Source: Candidatus Wolfebacteria bacterium RIFOXYB1_FULL_54_12 (GTDB taxonomy: Bacteria; Patescibacteriota; Minisyncoccia; UBA6257; UBA9933). Taken from it: 64,000 nt of DNA. This document shows positions 61,340-64,000 of this stretch, piece by piece (within the stretch, counting starts at the first letter, position 1; the number at the start of each line of letters is the position of its first letter). The stretch is from NCBI GenBank assembly GCA_001793895.1, contig MGIT01000001.1, forward strand, positions 106,508 through 170,507. The letters are read 5' to 3'. Position numbers and translations under genes: made by a program. Below the pieces are notes generated by a model that was not told the origin of the DNA, searched no databases, and worked only from the letters and a program-made list of their open reading frames with translations.

Positions 61340-64000
61340 GACTCAATAACAAGATTAATGAGACGGTCGGGCACAAAAATGACCTTTTTGATTTGCATGC
61401 CGGGAGCGGCATCGAACACCTTTTTCGAAGCAAGCGCAAGTTCACGCGCACGCTCCTGCGTGATTCCCTTCGATACGCGCACGGTATCGCGCGTCTTTCC
61501 GTTGATCTGCACTACCAATTCAAATTCGTCTTCAGCCACCAGCCGGGTATTGTATTTAGGCCATGCCGCAATGTGAACGGACGTCTTTTTTCCCAGCACG
61601 CTCCGATATAGCTCTTCGGAAAAATGCGGGGCAAAAGGGGCAAGCATGATCAGAAATTGCTCCAGCGTTTCGGCATCGATCGCATCGCGTCGGTCTTCCA
61701 TGGCGTTGAGCAGTATCATCAACGCACTGACTGCCGTATTAAACCGAAACTCGCCGACATCTTCCCCTACCTTTTTAATGGTCTGATGCAATATCTTTTT
61801 CAATGAGGCACTCGCAGCAACCTGCCTTGCGGAAGATGCGTGCTTCCTATGCGCGTCAAACAGCCGCTCGACGCGTTGCAAAAACCGGGCAATGCCGACC
61901 ATTCCTCCGGGTTGCCATGGCCCGCCCTGATCATACGGCCCCATAAAACACAGGTACATGCGCACGGCATCGGCACCAAACGTATCCACCAGATCATCAG
62001 GATCGATGACATTGCCTTTCGACTTGGACATTTTCTGTCCATCGGGACCGAGAATCGTGCCTTGGTGCCGCAGCGCAGTAAACGGCTCTTTAAACTTAAA
62101 AAGCTTAAGGTCATGCAATACCTTGGTAAAGAAACGTGCGTAGAGCAAATGCATTACGGAATGCTCGGCTCCGCCGACATACATATCGGCCGGCAACCAC
62201 GCCGCAAGCTTCTTTTCATCGGCAAACCGCTTCGCATTATGCGGGTCGGGATAGCGCAGATAATACCACGACGAACACATGAACGTGTCCATGGTATCGG
62301 TCTCGCGCGCACCCTTTCCTTTGCATCGCGGGCAGGGAGCATTCACGAATGCTTTCGAATGCGCCAAGGGTGATTTTCCTTCTTCGGTCGGCAAATAGTT
62401 TTTTACCGTCGGCAACAACACCGGAAGCGCTTTTTCGGTAACACCGATCCAGCCGGGGTTTGCGAGTTCGCCTTTGGTAAACTCGCCCTTTTTATATTCA
62501 CCTGATTCGATGCGCGCCTTGCAATGTGCGCAAAATACAAGCGGAATGGGAGAGCCCCAATAGCGCTGGCGCGATATGAGCCAATCACGGAGCTTATAAT
62601 TTACCTTCCCCGTTCCGCGCCGCTCATGCTCAAGCCACGCCGTCATATGCGTGCGGGCCGCGGCCGAATCCATGCCGGTAAACGATTCGGAATCGACAAG
62701 TACGCCGTCTTCGGCCATGCACCCGTCGGCTGGCGCGGCATCTTTTGCGACAACAGAGGTCTTGATAGGCAGCTTGAACTGCTTCGCAAATGCAAGATCA
62801 CGCTCGTCATGCGCGGGAACGGCCATAACGGCACCCGTACCATAGCCACCCAAAACATAGTCGGCAACAAATACCGGCACGCGCTCGCCCGTAAATGGAT
62901 TGATCGCCTTGATCCCTTGCAACTCGACGCCGGTCTTTTTCTTTTCTTCGATCATGCGCTCGCGCTCCAACTTTTTACGCGCCTTTGCGACATATGCGGA
63001 AACCTCCTTGCCATTCGTTATTTGTTTTTGCAATGCGCCGATAAGCCGGTGTTCGGGAGCGACCACAACGTACGTACAGCCAAAAATGGTATCCACACGC
63101 GTAGTGAACACGTCGATGGAATCATCGACGACCGCCATATGATACATCCACATATCGGTATCATCGGCAACCTTCCTGTCGTAGTACCTGGAATATGTAT
63201 CATAGAACTCCTTTCGACTTTTAAATTTCTCGTGCCCTTCATGCGTTTCGGACACCTGTTTCATCGTTGTCTTTACCACCTTGGTGATGCGCGCCAACGC
63301 AAAGCGTTCTTTGCTTGCGTGGTTGACGAGCTGCACGATATCACCGACTTTTACCTTTTTCGGCTCAAGCCGATACGTGATGTTTTTTTCACCGGACAAC
63401 ACTAATGGAATAAGATGCGGCATGAACTTGAATGTTTCCTTGGAAATAGCCGCGTCAATCCCGTCGATCATGAACTTGACTGTCGTACCTTCGGATTTGC
63501 CGATCCAATTGCGCTGCATGGCCTTGGTCTTTTCCGGCCAATCAAGTCCGTCCAGATCCTGCAATAAACGCTCCGCATAATCGGTGATCTTCAAAAGCCA
63601 CTGGTCGATGTCGCGTTGAACGACCTCCGCTCCGCACCGGTCGCACTTGCCGTCGATGACCTGTTCATTTGCAAGAACGGTCCGATCCTTCGGACACCAG
63701 TTCGCTTTCGCCTTTGTGCGGTACGCAAGTCCTGCATGGAACAACTGCAGAAACATCCATTGCGTCCATTTGTAATATTCCGGGTCGGCGGTAATGACAC
63801 GCCGATCCCAATCGTACATCGTGCCCATGTTCTCCAGCTGGGCCGTCATGGTCTTGATATTCTTGTACGTCCACGTCTTCGGATGAATGCCTCGTTTGAT
63901 GGCCGCATTTTCTGCGGGCAGACCAAACGCATCAAACCCGATTGGAGAGAGTACATTGAAACCGCTCATGCGCTTGAACCGCGTAAAAACATCCGCAGGA
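61336..64000 (-). CDS. leuS: leucine--tRNA ligase; the 5' end runs off the window end
   Basis: The PIGFDAFGLPAE segment, the CP1 editing domain, KMSKS, and the anticodon-binding domain are present. The reading frame stays open to position 64000 (...PADVFTRFKRMSGF). Confidence 0.9.
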   Translation of the reverse strand, partial: PADVFTRFKRMSGFNVLSPIGFDAFGLPAENAAIKRGIHPKTWTYKNIKTMTAQLENMGTMYDWDRRVITADPEYYKWTQWMFLQLFHAGLAYRTKAKANWCPKDRTVLANEQVIDGKCDRCGAEVVQRDIDQWLLKITDYAERLLQDLDGLDWPEKTKAMQRNWIGKSEGTTVKFMIDGIDAAISKETFKFMPHLIPLVLSGEKNITYRLEPKKVKVGDIVQLVNHASKERFALARITKVVKTTMKQVSETHEGHEKFKSRKEFYDTYSRYYDRKVADDTDMWMYHMAVVDDSIDVFTTRVDTIFGCTYVVVAPEHRLIGALQKQITNGKEVSAYVAKARKKLERERMIEEKKKTGVELQGIKAINPFTGERVPVFVADYVLGGYGTGAVMAVPAHDERDLAFAKQFKLPIKTSVVAKDAAPADGCMAEDGVLVDSESFTGMDSAAARTHMTAWLEHERRGTGKVNYKLRDWLISRQRYWGSPIPLVFCAHCKARIESGEYKKGEFTKGELANPGWIGVTEKALPVLLPTVKNYLPTEEGKSPLAHSKAFVNAPCPRCKGKGARETDTMDTFMCSSWYYLRYPDPHNAKRFADEKKLAAWLPADMYVGGAEHSVMHLLYARFFTKVLHDLKLFKFKEPFTALRHQGTILGPDGQKMSKSKGNVIDPDDLVDTFGADAVRMYLCFMGPYDQGGPWQPGGMVGIARFLQRVERLFDAHRKHASSARQVAASASLKKILHQTIKKVGEDVGEFRFNTAVSALMILLNAMEDRRDAIDAETLEQFLIMLAPFAPHFSEELYRSVLGKKTSVHIAAWPKYNTRLVAEDEFELVVQINGKTRDTVRVSKGITQERARELALASKKVFDAAPGMQIKKVIFVPDRLINLVIES

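Noticed and set aside
62524-63405. 293 aa plus-strand ORF.
   Set aside because: Antisense to leuS.

Overview
This 64 kb window looks like a small-genome, CPR/Patescibacteria-like bacterial chromosome segment of about 50% GC. That placement is an inference from gene content; I could not run any database search. It is dominated by minus-strand housekeeping genes: tsaD, ppsA, dnaB, recR, an ECF sigma/anti-sigma pair, rplU, tyrS, murB, a P1B-type ATPase, mnmA, efp, secDF, mreB, murA, scpA and scpB, a secE-nusG-rplK cluster, gyrB, mraY, a dacA-like gene, mpg, a kefB-like gene, an ftsQ-like gene, htrA and leuS. There are six tRNA genes (His, Phe, Pro, Arg, Ala, Gly) and many rho-independent terminator hairpins. 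No rRNA, CRISPR array, integrase or transposase was seen.

The most unusual content is non-coding.

1. About 20 copies of a family of nested-palindrome miniature elements fill the intergenic regions. Each copy has terminal inverted repeats TGTCAT(T)CC...GGAATGACA around one or two GC-rich hairpin modules. Two copies sit in frame inside tsaD.
2. A second dispersed repeat is a degenerate heptamer tract, (GGTTATN)n, at six sites. One sits in frame inside mnmA.
3. A (TTTTCC)4 tract lies in frame inside an N-terminally truncated phosphohexomutase gene.
4. An AT-rich insert of about 645 bp carries a single HEPN-motif gene. It is flanked by 54 bp direct repeats that duplicate the 3' end of the adjacent SDR gene.
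5. A LexA-like wHTH fused to a GIY-YIG nuclease domain is encoded next to a 550 bp repeat graveyard.
6. The tRNA-Phe 3' end is duplicated and linked to a GC-rich structured segment.
7. A near-identical terminator hairpin flanks both sides of a spermidine-synthase/M28 fusion gene.
8. A VirD4/TraG-like ATPase sits in a three-gene cluster with a membrane protein and an HTH protein.
9. Two perfect palindromes of 34 and 36 bp lie just upstream of gene starts.
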